Origin: Lama glama
Lineage: Eukaryota
NCBI GenBank assembly: GCA_028534125.1
Contig: CM052816.1
Coordinates: forward strand, 24,554,001 to 24,618,000
DNA: 64,000 nt
Reading direction: 5' to 3'
The position numbers and the translations under genes are program-made. Under the pieces are notes generated by a model. It saw only the letters and a program-made list of their open reading frames with translations. It made no database searches and was not told where the DNA came from. Below are positions 49,961 through 63,377 of this stretch, in pieces (position 1 is the first letter of the stretch; the number at the start of each line of letters is the position of its first letter).

Positions 49961-50449
49961 ATTGTAGAACTAGTAACTCTGCATGGCTGTTGAAAAGAAA
50001 TGTTTACCCCAATATTTTAAAGACCTAATTTGCACAGGATAGAAGAATTAGAATCAATGAAATTTGACAATAAATACCTCTTTCAAGGAAATAAGCAGTA
50101 AGTCTAATAAATCTTACACCTGATGTCCCTATTTCCTGCCCTTAATTTCTCCCACCACAAATAGGCATTTTCTCTACCTGTGCTGAAAATATATTGGTTT
50201 GGAAAACATCTCTTCTTGGCCCCTTCCGTCTTCCTTGCCACGCCTTCTTACTGGCTTTTCCAGATGACTTGACACTTGCACTGCCGTTCCCAAAGAGCAT
50301 TCGTGCCCATACCACGATACCATACTAGCCCTTATGCCAGCCTATGAGGCAGGTCTGTAAGACAGGCGTTATCCTTACTTCACAAACAAGGAAACTAAGA
50401 TGGGAGCGCTGAGGGACCAAACAACAATCTGGGTGACTGGAAACTCCAT

Positions 50450-51150
50450 TACTCTCATACCTTGACTACCTGTCTCCTACTAAACCTAGTGAGACACCAA
50501 GACCTATGGATTTTACCTTCTTAATACTTTGCAGTTATGTCCCCTCCTGTTCTTTCCCAGTTCTGTTGGGTTAGCTAGGGTCCTCAGTGTCTCCTGCCCA
50601 GACCTCTAAACCTCCCCACCTCATCTGAGTTATATGCAACACTTCCTCCTTTCATCTATACAGACGATCACTTTGCCCTGTGATTTCTGAAAAGCCCAAA
50701 TATGATCTGATACATCATTTCCCTGACCCCATCCCATTTAAAGCCCTTTTGGTTCTCCATTGCCTACAGGATAAAGTGAAGGTGGAGTACAGGAGGCTCT
50801 CTGTAATCTGGAACCTCCCTCACTGGCTTTTAACCTCTTGCCATGTTTTGCCCATCCCTGCGCTTGGGCTGCACAAGCCCTTTCTCATGGCCCCATGAAG
50901 CCCTGCTCAGCTTCCAAGATTTAGCTCTGGCTGGGGCCTCCTCCTACAGGAAGCCTCCCCCAACCTTCTTTGTGCCCTGAAGACTGACCCTCCTTTATTT
51001 ATATGATCTTGTAAGGGTATGACAGCCATGGCAAGTGTATGCTTTAACATGGAGTGTGTTTAAAAATTATGAATGGGTACTATTTGCCTGTCTTTCCCCT
51101 CCTTAGACTGTAACCCCCAGAGGGCAGGGTCTTATCACGTCTCTGTATTG
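50450..51150 (+). mobile_element. L2 3' region
   Basis: tttaaagcccttttggttctccattgcctacaggataaagt...aggaagcctcccc...ttagactgtaaccccc.gagggcaggg. Confidence 0.65.
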
Positions 51151-52496
51151 AGGTGGGGGAAGGTGCTCCACTTATTCCCCTTAAGTACCTCATGTTCCCA
51201 CAGCAGCACCAGAGGCCAGGCATCCTGACTTCCAGCCCAGAGCCCTACACTAGACAGTATAAATAGAAACAGGAAGAATGTACTTTACTAGGAATTCCTG
51301 GACTTGGGGAGACTGGCATGGGAAAGGCCAGGGAAGTTTTCTGCTGAGGGTTGGGTCATGTTCTGCCAAACTCGGACTAAATATACTAGTCAGGGGCAGT
51401 TTCCGTGAGGCAGTGGCCCACCCTCCCAATCCTTTCAGACAAAGATCTGACAAATCCATCCTGCAAAGGTTGTGGGCAAAGAAGAAACATTTCCATTGAG
51501 GAAGTGTCGCCGTTTCTTCCCCCCTAAACTGGGTGAAAGGTAGCAGAGTCTGCCTGCAGAAGGCCGCATAAGCTGTCATCACTGCTGGGAGGGGCCATCA
51601 CACCTCAGCTGGCTTTACTGTAAGAGTTTAAAGGGCAATGCTTAGTTATTGCAGATTCCAAGAAACAGGAAGGAAACAGGTTGTCTTTTCTTCATGTTAC
51701 ACCTCTGAACTGGAAAAGCCTCCCTGCGAAGAATTGATTCCATGATCTGTGGCTTCCTAAGAGGAGGCCAATGCATGGTTTCTGGGAGTGGTGCCTTCTT
51801 AAGAGATGGTTATCATATTTCAGTGTCTTAATAAGAGCCCGGCTTTCTCGCCTCCACACCAGATCCTCCCTCCCACAGCATGTGTTACAGAGCTGCAGTG
51901 CCCAGAGCTGCTGCCTGTCACGTAAAACCTGAATTTAGAAAACACATGGGGTTTTTTTTTTCCCCACTTTAAAAAAAATTAGGGGTAAAGGAGCTTAGGG
52001 GAATATATTCATTTTGACCAGTGAAGTGAGGTGGTGCTGACAAGAGGAACAGGGACGATATTTGAAGATCAGTCCCAGGTTTCATTAAAGAAACTCAGAC
52101 TGGTCTAGTATGGGGGATTACTACTTAATTTACATCATAGCTGGCTGAGTAATTAAAGGTACCCACTTATTTTCATGAACGATCACGAAAATGTCCAGCC
52201 ACTTACTATGAAAATGTAATGACATACACAGAGTAGGCAGAAGAATGATGATCTACTTATGCTTCATCTGTATCTCTGCCCACTCCTCCCACCTCCTATT
52301 TAGTTTGAAGCAAATCACATTATCTTCACATCTGTAATTACTGCAGTATGTAGATCTAAAAGATAAGGATTTTTTTAAAAAAAAAGATAAACACAACACC
52401 AATAACAAACTCAAAAAGGCTTAGCAATCGTAATTGATTAAAAAAAAGTGAGGTCTAGCTCTTCTTCAGAGAAGGTTTAAGCATTGGTGTCATTAT

Positions 52497-53128
52497 TGAA
52501 GAGTAGCAGGACACGCCACCCCCAAAGATGCCAATTTGGTATATTCATTTTAAATTGTAGGCACTTGAAAAACAGCAAAGGCAGGGAGAAACTTTCTCTT
52601 GGACAGATCCTCCAAAAGGAACTGAATTGTCATAAATTCCCTCCCCAAGTTTCATCAACCAGGGAAGATTGATTCTTACCATGGAAAGAAGACTAGAAGC
52701 CCACACCACAGCCAAACTCCATCACAAACTAGCACACCTCCGCTTTATTCTATGGACCCGTCATCTTCCCTGAAAATCACTTACTGTCCCTGACAGGCCT
52801 AGATCCTCCCTCCTCTTTCTTTATTAAGATAGTATTTAATCCTAAATTCTGTAACCATCTGGGGAGTTACTCATTTTCCCTCCAGGGACTCTCCCACATA
52901 TACATGAGGTATATATGTTAATAAAATTCTTTTTTAAAATTATCTTTATTGAAGTATAGTTGATGTACAATATTATATAAGTTTTAGGTGCACCATATAG
53001 TGATTTACAAATTTTAAAGGTTATACTTCATTTATAGTTTGTTTTTCTCTTGTTAAACTATCTTGAATTACAGGGGTCTCAGCTAAGAACTCAGAAAGGT
53101 AGGGGGAAAATTATTTTTCTTCCTGTCC
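52497..53128 (+). mobile_element. MER34-like ERV1 solo LTR with a short L1 3' fragment inserted (about 52928-53040, minus strand)
   Basis: tgaagag...gccacccccaaagatgccaatttgg start; aataaa at about 52920; ctaagaactcagaaagg...ttatttttcttcc end; nested ttgaagtatagttgatgtacaa. Confidence 0.75.
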
Positions 53129-56100
53129 AGTATTTAGGACTGGAACAGATTAAATCACCTCTAGGCACAGAGCTGGATACTGAATATCCAGTATGGGATT
53201 TGCGAGAGGTCCCATTCCTTGTGTTGGTCCACATGGTTGTCTCCAGCTTGGCAACAGAAGGTACCCACCCTGGTATCTCCACTTGCTGGGCTGCCTTTTT
53301 CTCTTGGGAGCCTACTTGCTCTGACTACTCTGGGGAGAGGAAGAAACAGACATGACACTCCCTAATCTCAACACCTGGGCTAGGTCATGTTTTCTTGAGG
53401 GTAAAGAAAAAGAGATTCAAATTATATACACCAACATGAAGCTTGCTGCAGTTGTGAGCAGGATGTATCCAACTGGATGAGCTACCAGAAATCTAGGTGG
53501 GATGATGGAGCCACACCTGTATCCTCTGGCCCATCAACACTAGGTCTCAGTGAAGCCTCGGGCTGTGCTAGCCCTGGAGATTGTCTGGGCTTTCCCACAG
53601 ACATGCTTTGAGAATTTGCAGAGTTACGCCAGACATCCAGAACACAGAAAAGTGATTAATTCTACACTGGTGTAAAAAGCAAGCAGTATGTGGGTCTGAA
53701 ACAAAATACGGCGTTCCAGGTGCAAAAATCAGCACTCTCAACAGTATTAGATTCTCAGAATTTGTCAATCATAAATAAACGCCACAAATGGTACCTGCCC
53801 CTGTATTTCTGCAAGAATTCTGCCAATTTTTAGAACAAAAACCTACAGAATTCTGTTCAGGAAAAACAGCTCTTATGTAACAACGATTCCTACTCTCTCC
53901 TTGAAAGGCTTCAGCTACCGCACAGGCAGGTTATCTTCTAAAGGAAACAGAGGAAACATCTTTCCTAAGCTGGAAAGACAGTTTGTTTCAAAGGCAGCTA
54001 TCTGAGTAGTATGATTTGCTCAACAGTGTGAGATCCTGGGCAGGGCCTCACTTTTGTTGCATCCATGAATCTTGGTACCACAACCCCAGGTGTCCCCACC
54101 CAATGTGCTCCACCTATATTTCTTTAGAATAATCTTTGAAAAGGGAAGCTAGGATTGGGGAGGGGACAGGTGTTGGAAGGCATCTCTAGCTTTACTGTTA
54201 CGAATGTAATACCACCAATACATGAAGTAACTGACAGCATCCTTCCCTCCTTCCATCACAGCTGAGTTGAAGCTGGTGTTTCAGAAGGGAGACAGAAAAG
54301 TTACTGTGCAGGAAAGTTATCAACTGTGTCAACACCTCCACTGGGACAGCAGCAGGTGACTGGGTAAAGGGTGCCTCTGGAGACGGAGGGGGAAGGGAGA
54401 TGTGAAAGAGGATGCGGGAGGGCTCTGTGCCCTTGGGTTTTGCCTGGAGCCTGTTTTAACTAACTAATGGGACCTCCACTCAGGACACAGATACACAGAC
54501 TGAAACCACACATAACAAAACCAGGTCTGAGAATACAAATCAGGCTGAAGAACTCTTCTCTCCTTCAGGATGGGGATTTTGGGTGTTCTTGAGCCACAGG
54601 GTTTCTGGTGAGATCAGTCTGTGAATGCCACAAATGTGTGGTCCTCAAAGTGGGGCCTAAGGCCTTTCCATGTCAGAACCACTGGGGTTGGGGGGTGGGC
54701 TGTAAAAATGCACATTTTTAGCTCAACTTCAGAGCTTTTTAAGTCTTATACCCACTAAAACCTTGAAACTACTGAGCTGAGTGTCAGTCAAGTCAGCATT
54801 ATTGAAGCAAGTGGTTTAACTTTTGTTTCTTTCACCTAGGAGTCATATGATGAGGGCCGGAGAGTGGTAAATTTTTTAGCACAAACCAGTGCTTCTGGGA
54901 AAGTAACCCTGGTAATTTTGAATATGTAATGCTATGTTCAGGAATGAAGTGTCTGCATTAGTTAAATGCACTATCCAAAAAAAAAATACGAACCATGTTT
55001 GAGTTTCCTTTAGGAGTTACAATCACTGGTGGTTTTTGTTTTATTTTTTGCTTTGATCTGTGGTTGTCAAGGTTACTACAACAAGCTTCTTATAATCATA
55101 GATGTTAATCTGTTTAAAAGTTATTTTAAAAATAGAAGGAAAAAGGATGACAGTGGATTCTGAAACACCAGTTATGCACAGTATCTTAAATTAGAGCAGA
55201 TTTCAAGTAAAGGTTTGAGGGATTTTTTAAGCAGGAGGCTCACAAGGAAATCTAAAAGTATTATAGTGCATAAATTTGAACACACCTTGGAAAATGCATT
55301 TTAAATAAGGTTCTGAATGAGTTTTTTTCAAAATTATGACTGATGTAAATAAATATTCAGGTAAAGAAGGTTGTTGATGATGAGATTAGGAGTGAATGGG
55401 TTAATGTGCTAAATTTAAATCCTATAGCTTGAGAATACATCATGACAAGCCACAAATCTATCTTTTATCATTTAGATTTAAGCTGAATATTCTTACATGC
55501 TTATTTTTTTTAGAAGAAGTTTAGAATCATTCTGTAATTTTTTTAAGAGAGTTATTGAGGTTTTGTTCAGTTGCACTGAACTTATAAATTTAAGGAACAC
55601 CGCAGCTATCTTTATGATCTGCAGTTTTCCTTTTAAAGACGGTAGACCTCTCCATTTAAGTTGTTTCCTTTAGTAGGTGTATTGTTTCACTTTAAGTCCT
55701 ATAAAATCTGTTTCTGGGAATTTTAATTTTCTGTTGCTTGTCAGTCCCTTTTCCTCCAACTTACTTATTTTGAAAATTTGTGTTGTTAGTAAAAAAGGTA
55801 ATTGATTTTTAAAATTTGTCTGATAATCAGTTAACTTATTGAATCTTCTTGTTTCTAAGTTTGTTAGTTCACCTGAGTTTAAAAAATAAAATTAATCTTC
55901 ATCTAGACTCAGCACAGAGTCCAGCCTCCTGTGGGTTCCCCTGGCCAAGCTTCATTTCATGTCCCTTAGTGCCTTCATCCTTACACACACTGATCACACT
56001 CCCTTCTTGAGAACACTGACACCTGGATCCTTCAGTGTCCAGGTGGGTGGCATCCAACAACTTGGCATTAACTCCAGTGATCTTTATTTTCACTTCACAT

Positions 56101-56199
56101 AAATCACCGCCAATGCCTGGCTGTCATCGTTCCCAATGCTCCACTAACATTTCTCTGGCAAAGTTCATTGGTGATCTCTACATTGCTAAATGTGAAGGG

Positions 56200-56910
56200 T
56201 GTCTCAGGAACTCTGACCTTCTGGGATGTTTTCTGACATCAGCAACCAATTCTCTACACACCAAATGGATAGCCAACAATTCAAGTCAATTCTGACACTA
56301 ACTACCCAGAATTAGGGCAGACACCATAGGTTAAGGGCTCAGTCCCACAAGACTGCCCCTACATCTGATGCCAGCTGCAAGTTGCAGGCTAACTGGTTTT
56401 AAACCAGGGGTTCATCACGTTCGATAATTTGCTAAAATGGCTCACAGAATTCAGGGAAATGCTTAACTTACCTGCACCAGTTTATTATAAAAGATACAAC
56501 TCAAGAATAGCCAGATGGAAGAGAAGAATGGGCATGTTGAGCTTCCATGCTGGCTCTGGGTGCAGTGCCCCCCTAGAACCTTGATGGATTCACCAATGAG
56601 GAAGCTCATCAAATCCTGTTGTTCAAGAGTTTTCACACTGCTTAATCTCCTGGCCCTCCCAGGAGGTTAGGGATGGGGCCAAAAGCTCCCAACCTCTAAT
56701 CACTGGAACTTTTTGGTGACAAGCCCCACCCTGAGGCCATCTAGGGGCTGTACCCTATACCAGCTCATTAGCATAAACTCAGGTGTGATCCAAAGGGGTC
56801 ATTAGGAATAACAAGAGAAACTCCTTCCTATCACTCAGGAAATGCCAACTTTAGGAGCTCTGGGCCAGGAATTGGGTACAAAGACCAAGTATGTTTCTCA
56901 TTACAGCACA
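56200..56910 (-). mobile_element. MER21-like LTR
   Basis: caattctgacactaactaccca...ggttaagggctcagtcccacaagactgcccc...ctcattagcataaactcaggtgtg. Confidence 0.75.
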
Positions 56911-56949
56911 GACTTTCGTTCCAATGTCAACTTTTATAAAAGGGAAAAC

Positions 56950-57830
56950 ATTGTTTTAATACCCCAAATCTCCTTTTCCTTGTATGTTCCATGGCTTAAT
57001 TAAAGGCATCACAATCCATGCAGCCTTCCTGGGGAAAGAAACTAAGAGTTACTCTACCTTCCTCCCTCTGTCAATCCAACCCATCACCTGATTCTTCCAA
57101 TTTTATCCCCTTGACATTTCTCAGATCTATTCTCCCATTTTTCCTACTAAAACAATCTCATTTGGATTGCTTCACAGTCAGCTAATCCCTGCTTCCTTTT
57201 TTGTTCTTTATCAAGTCTATCTTAAACCTTGCTACTGGAGTCATTTCTAAAAAACTCAAACCTGACTTTAGCACATCCCTGGGTAAACCCCCCCTTCAGC
57301 GACTCCCTATGTCTTCTAGGTGAGTCTAAGCGCCTTCTCATGGCAAAAAAGGGCATCCTCTGTGACCTTCCTCCAATCTACTGCTCTTGACTCAGGTGAT
57401 GCCAATCAATATACATGTTACATTTTACATTCCAGGAATATTCTCCATAATCGCCAATCTGCTTCACATCACTGGGTCTTCATTTAGGCCATTATTTCTC
57501 TCTTTTTTTTTGAGGGGGGTTGTGCCTAACTCCCAAACCTCCTTCAAAATTTAGGTATCATCATTTCCTCTAAGAAGCCTTTTACTCAATCCCCACATGG
57601 GGCTGGTTTCTTCTCCACATTCTCTTAAAATGCTTGTACATATCCTTAATTTACCACAATAGATTGAAATTTGTATTTATTGCCATAGTGAGATACTGCT
57701 CAGGTTACTGTGAAATCTGCTATAATGTTCTTGAGGGCAGGGTCCACATCTAAAACCTCCTAATATCCTGTAACATACTGTAATGCCTAACAATAGTAGA
57801 TCTTCAAAAAATGTGTTAAATTCCAGCTAC
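56950..57830 (+). mobile_element. L2 3' region
   Basis: aaaggcatcacaatccat...ctaggtgagtctaag...cttgagggcagggtcc...aatgcctaacaatagtagat. Confidence 0.6.
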
Positions 57831-59419
57831 TGATATAAATAAAAGTACTTTATGAAATAGAAAGTGCTATAAAAATTCTACAGTCATTATTAAGTTGAAA
57901 TGGTAAACCAGTGTCCCTGACTTCATTTCTGAGGAAAATGGCTTTTTAATTTTAAATTGTATTCTGTAGTCAAGTGTAATCAAATTATATATGTTTTTCA
58001 TACCAGAGAAGTTTGCAATTCTACTGATAATGAATTTGCTCCCCATTTGTGTTTTAGGCTTTACCTTAAGTTGATTAGACCTTTCTACTCTGAGTTGTCC
58101 AGAAGGCATTGTGTTCCTGTCACCCGCAGCCTAAGGGCAAAGCAGGGTTGTCCCCATGCAACATGAATGCTGATATATATCTGTAAATGTGTAAGACGAC
58201 AGTTGTGGTATGTTTCAGAGACAGTCTTGCCACAACCAGGGATAAGTTTACCAAGGGGAAGAAATTAAAAAAATGAAAGAGGCCAAACTGAGTAAGAAAG
58301 CAAGGATTCTATTCATATTCAAAACACTTTCCTCAGTTTGCTCTGTCTGATAGAATTCTGTACACAAAGGCTACAGAAGAAAGCAAAGAAGTAGGGCAGT
58401 TTTTTCCAAGACTCATACTCTTAAGGTTGGAAGGGATCTAACAAATCAGGTCACTCAGCCTTCTCTCTTTACAGAGGATGAAACCAAAGACCAGAGAATG
58501 ACTTCTCTAAAGTTTCAAAGAATCAGTAGCAGAGCCAAACCCAGAAGTGATGCACAGAGAACCAAGCAGTGAGCATTCTCACTGGGAGCCCCAGGTTCTT
58601 CCATGTTCTACACTCCTACCCCAACCAGTCCGCCAGTCCAGCCACAGGAGACCCCCTAAGTATTCATCCAAAACACACATTTGAACTTCCTAGTATCCTA
58701 TTCTTGTTCTTCTCTTGCCTGGAATAACTTTTCCCTCCAGCTGAGGCCAAATTCTTTCTTACTCATCAACCTCACTTCTGATCGTATCTCAGCTCGCCTC
58801 AAGAAAAGCAAACCGCCTATGACTCTGTTCCTATGAGTACTTCATAATTATCGTGGAATTCTTATCATACGGTATTAGTTGTGTGTGTGTGTCCCACTTT
58901 CCTCTCCCCAGACTAGGGGTTCCTAAAGGTCATTGCCCACATCTCAAATTCAGCCGGTTATTCCCAGCACAGAGAAAATGGCAGGGAAGCGCTTGCTGAA
59001 TGACCCTGGATTAGAGAAGAGTGGAGATATGTCACAAAGAAGTTACCACACAATTGAGGATGAAAGTCAGATCTGAGATATGCTATGCTAATGAATCCAT
59101 TCTGACCAAAAGTCAAGAAAAGGGAACAGGAAAGTCTTTGTGTCCTTAAGCAGGCTCCAGGACTGACCAGACAGTAGACCAACCATCTCACAGATACTAA
59201 CTAGCAGGTGACACTTAGAATGGAAAAAAGTGTAAAGTTTCACTAACTTCATAGCTAACTGATTGCCATCGTATGGGACAGTCAGGAGTAATGCCCTGCA
59301 TACAGTGGGAAAGTCCATCAGGTATAAAACTAAGATATGGGGAGGGAACCTGGAGAAGTGTAATTTGCATGCAAATTCCCATAGTGTGTAATGAAGTAGA
59401 AGAGAAGGCAAGATGATTG

Positions 59420-60075
59420 TGAGAGCTGAACCTTACTTCACTGTCATGGGAATTTTTTCAAAAATTGTTTTTCATAACACATAGGGTATACTCTTCGGGA
59501 AAAGGTATCACATGTTACATCTGCATCCTCGAAGTATTTTTTGATGCTTATGATATGCCCAAAACCTTCTTGGATATATTATAAACACTGAAAAATGATT
59601 TTAGGACAGAATAATAACCGTTTAACATTTTACTGTTTTCCTAATGAGGTTACAAAGCAATACAATCTAAATTAGAAGTGTAGAAATTGGTTTGTAAGGA
59701 TCACCAGAAACTTAATCTTATTATTTTATATATTTTATTTTATCTTGTTTTGGGGTCAAAAACGACCATATCCATTGAATGGTTTAAAGGTATTTAGACT
59801 ATTCTTATCCACATTATTCACCAGATTTGGCTTTAGGCTGTTTTAAAAAAAATTGAATTCATTCTCAAAGAAAGAGGACTTGCCAGCCTTATGACTATTC
59901 AAAGAATGAGCTCCAGGCTTTCAAAGTAACTCGCAAGAAGAATTCCAAAAAAGATTTTGTGCAATTGCAGCATTTTTGGAAAAGTTCTTGGGTTCCTTCG
60001 GTGACTACTTTTTAAAAAAACAACATTCACATGTTTTTTAAACAAACTGGTCACATTGTTTATGGAAACACTGTG
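59420..60075 (+). mobile_element. Mariner-family (MARNA-like) DNA transposon relic
   Basis: tatccacattattcaccagatttggct at about 59806-59832 translates to YPHYSPDLA (mariner HPPYSPDLAP motif); ggtgactacttt (GDYF) near 60000; TIR-like end near 60070. Confidence 0.6.
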
Positions 60076-60499
60076 TCCTTGTGCAAAGAAGACCCCAACT
60101 ATGGTTTTTCAAAATTGGAATTATGAATGACTGCTGTGCAAATCACCATGTAAAGCTGCAACTGAAACAATACAGTTCCCTACGGCCAGGTCTGAGCACA
60201 GATAAAGACACAAGTATCCAGAGAGACACCTGTGTCTGACAGCACCCAGAGAAAGCAGCAGCGCCCGGTTAATAGCTGAAGGTGCTCTCTCTACTCTGTC
60301 CTCTATAGAACATTAGAAATCCTTTCACTGCTAGAACTGCAGAAAGGAAGTGAACCTTTCTGCAGAAAGGAAGTTTTATTGACGAAGCAGGCCTACAAAA
60401 GTTAAGAGATCTACGCAGGGATACACAGACACCTGATGGGGGCCACTCTGCCTTCTGCTATCTTTGTTCTTCTTAAATCTGGTGAGGTTATGCAATCAG

Positions 60500-60680
60500 T
60501 GATTTTAGGAGCCTGGTTCAGATTAGACTGCCTGCTTTGAATTGTGACTCCAAAACTTCAACAGCTGTTGTCACCTTGGGCAAGTCACTAGTCTCTGTTA
60601 AGCATAAAATGTGATGATAACCGTACCTACCTCATTACTTGCACATAAGTAAAAGCACCTGAACAATGTCTAGCATGTAA
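60500..60680 (+). mobile_element. MIR SINE
   Basis: agactgcctgctttgaat...accttgggcaagtcact...taaaatgtgatgataaccgtacctacctcat. Confidence 0.7.
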
Positions 60681-62607
60681 TGATGATATTATCTTATCTA
60701 AATAGATCAACTGATACATTTGGTACATTTTCTGGAGCTACCTAAATTCTTTTGTGAAAGAAGATCAAATCTCAGAACAAAACATTCCTTTGCTCTACTC
60801 TGTTTTCCTTATGGGCCAAGGCCTTCTTCATCGTGATCTCCGTGACACCCAGCGGGGTACCCAGCGCCAGAATTAGTTAGTAAATGTCAGTGGACAACAT
60901 GAACAAGTCTCTCTGGTCATTATCACCTGTTAAATACTGCCTTTCTCCTAGCTCATAAGCCTTTATCATGCTCTCATCTCAGGTTCTCATGAAAGGCGTG
61001 ACATTTTGTGATTTCAGAATTTGAGTTTAGAAAACATGTTGTGATTCTTTGTAAAATTTTCCGAAAATATTCTGATCAAACCAAGAACAGGTATAAGAAA
61101 TCTACCAACTTCACGCCAGAAAAGTCCAACTTTAGAAGAGAAGGACACGACGGAGGGAAAAAATATTCTTGACAATTCATATAGGCTCTCAGAGGACTGC
61201 ATTACATGTCATATGAAGCACCCAGGAAATACTTAAGTTGTTAGGATCAAGTGAGGAGTTATTTTCCAATGAATTATAGAAACAGTACAGTGATAAAGCT
61301 GTCATGATGAACTAGTTTTTCTTTACTGTTGACACAGAGCAGTTCAACTCACAGTATACCTTTTACAGCCCTACACACAAGGGATTTCAAAATAATCTGT
61401 ATGATCACAAGATAACCATTTTCAAATCACAATCCTTAATAGTAAAAGACATAAAAATTGGAATATTTCTGAGGTTCTTCCCAGTTGTTAACTTATTGCA
61501 CAGGATCAAAGACATAATTAGAAAAATCTGGGAGATAACAAACATAGATATAATTATAAACCTGATATATATGGACTTTAAGAAAATACCAACATTTATA
61601 TACAGATGAGTATCTCCATTAGGGAAGAAGAGGCCCATGAGCCACGCAGCTCAGTGCCTGTGATTTCACTGACAGGACCTGGAATAGCACAGGGGAAGAA
61701 GAGGAGGACCACCTGCCAGGATAGAAGGGAGCATCACACAGGTTAGCGGTAAAGTAGCATTTTTTTCTTCATCTTTCCAATATGACTCAGTATTTCCCCC
61801 TCTCTTTCTCTAAGTCTTCTCTTCCCTCCCCACCTCCTTACTCACTGTTTCCAATTTCACATTTCCATTTCACCACTTTGGTCTCTGCTCTTTTCAAAGA
61901 GGTGTTACTGCTGTGACCTCTACCTGGCTGTTCACAGGGTGGTCGCAGATTTCTTGTGACCTCATCTGACTAGGGGCCTGTCTCGGATCATCTAGTTAGG
62001 TAAGGAGGACAGAAGAGATTAGAAGATGAACTGGTAACTTGAGGATGACTCGGTCAGAAGTCAGCCCTTCCACCTAACACTCCAAGTCCACCTGACCAAG
62101 GGCACTTGAGCTGTGCTCTGATGGATTTATTTATCTATCAATATGGAAAGTGTGTAGGTCACTGGTAGATCACTATTGTGCAAAGAAGTCTGGGGAAAAA
62201 GTGGTTTATGAGAACAATGTCTGCCACTTATTGAGCTCTCCTCTGGTGTCCAGTACAAATGCTGTATAATCATACTTAATCCCATGCCTGTCTCACGAGG
62301 TGCTTCGTCTTGCCAAGTTCAACACACTTGGATGTGTACTGGAAGGTGGATATTCTAAGGAAAAACAAACCAATAAAAAACTCGTTTCTGGCCTTAAATG
62401 ACAATAGCATAAGGACAAAACCCAAACCCTTGGCAAGTGGTTACCTTTGAGACAAAGAACTATCAGGAAGGAGACAGAAGGTAGTCCCTCACTTTTCATT
62501 TTGTACCTATTTATACTGTTTTATTTTTCTAGCTGAACACATGTATTGCTTTAAAATACGGCATCATGGATGGGGGAAGATTATGATACTGTTTAAAAAT
62601 TTCTTCT

Positions 62608-63098
62608 TACACATGCATCTCTCAATGTTCACTGCAGCACTATTTACAGTAGCCAAGACATGGAAGCAACCTAAATACCCATTGACAGATGACTGGATAA
62701 AGAAGATGTGGTATATATACACAATGGAATACTACTCAGACATAAAAAGAGTGAAATAATGCCATTTGCAGCAACATGGATGGACCTAGAGATTATCGTA
62801 CTAAGTAAAGTCAGACAGATGACAAAGACAAATATTATACAATGTCGCTTACATGTGGAATCTAAAATATGACACAAATGAACTTATTTATGAAACATAA
62901 ACAGACTCACAGACATAGAAAACAAACATACATTTACCCAAGGGTAAAGGGGGTGGAGGAAGGATAAATTAGGAGTGTGGGATTAGCAGATACAAACTAC
63001 TATACACAGAGCAGATAAACAACAAGGTCCTATGGTATAACACAGGACACTATATTCAATATCCTATAATAAAACATAATGGAAAAGAATAAAAAAAA
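62608..63098 (+). mobile_element. Young 5'-truncated L1 3' end
   Basis: MFTAALFTVAKTWKQPK.PLTDDWIKKMWYIYTMEYYS; A tail at about 63090; approximate TSD aaaaatttctt. Confidence 0.9.
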
Positions 63099-63377
63099 TT
63101 TTCTTTGTATTATTCTGTCATTAAAAAAACAATAATAAATGTTACATGCAGAGAATTTAGAGGATTGTAAAAACAGTAACCAAGTATGACAGCCTGAGTT
63201 ATCCTTAACATTGAGATTTGGGGGAATTTTCAAAATCCTAAGTATGATTGTCACTCATTCAGCAATTTAACAGATATTTATTATATTATAAAGTGTAAGG
63301 AAATGACCTACGTTGAAGGTGCTTACGATCTTTTTTTCCTGCTATGTGAAAGCACTTTCTCTTAACTCTATACCATG

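Noticed and set aside
37252..61789. Several AP-1 sites (TGA[C/G]TCA) in introns
   Set aside because: The number seen is about what chance predicts for a 7-mer in 64 kb
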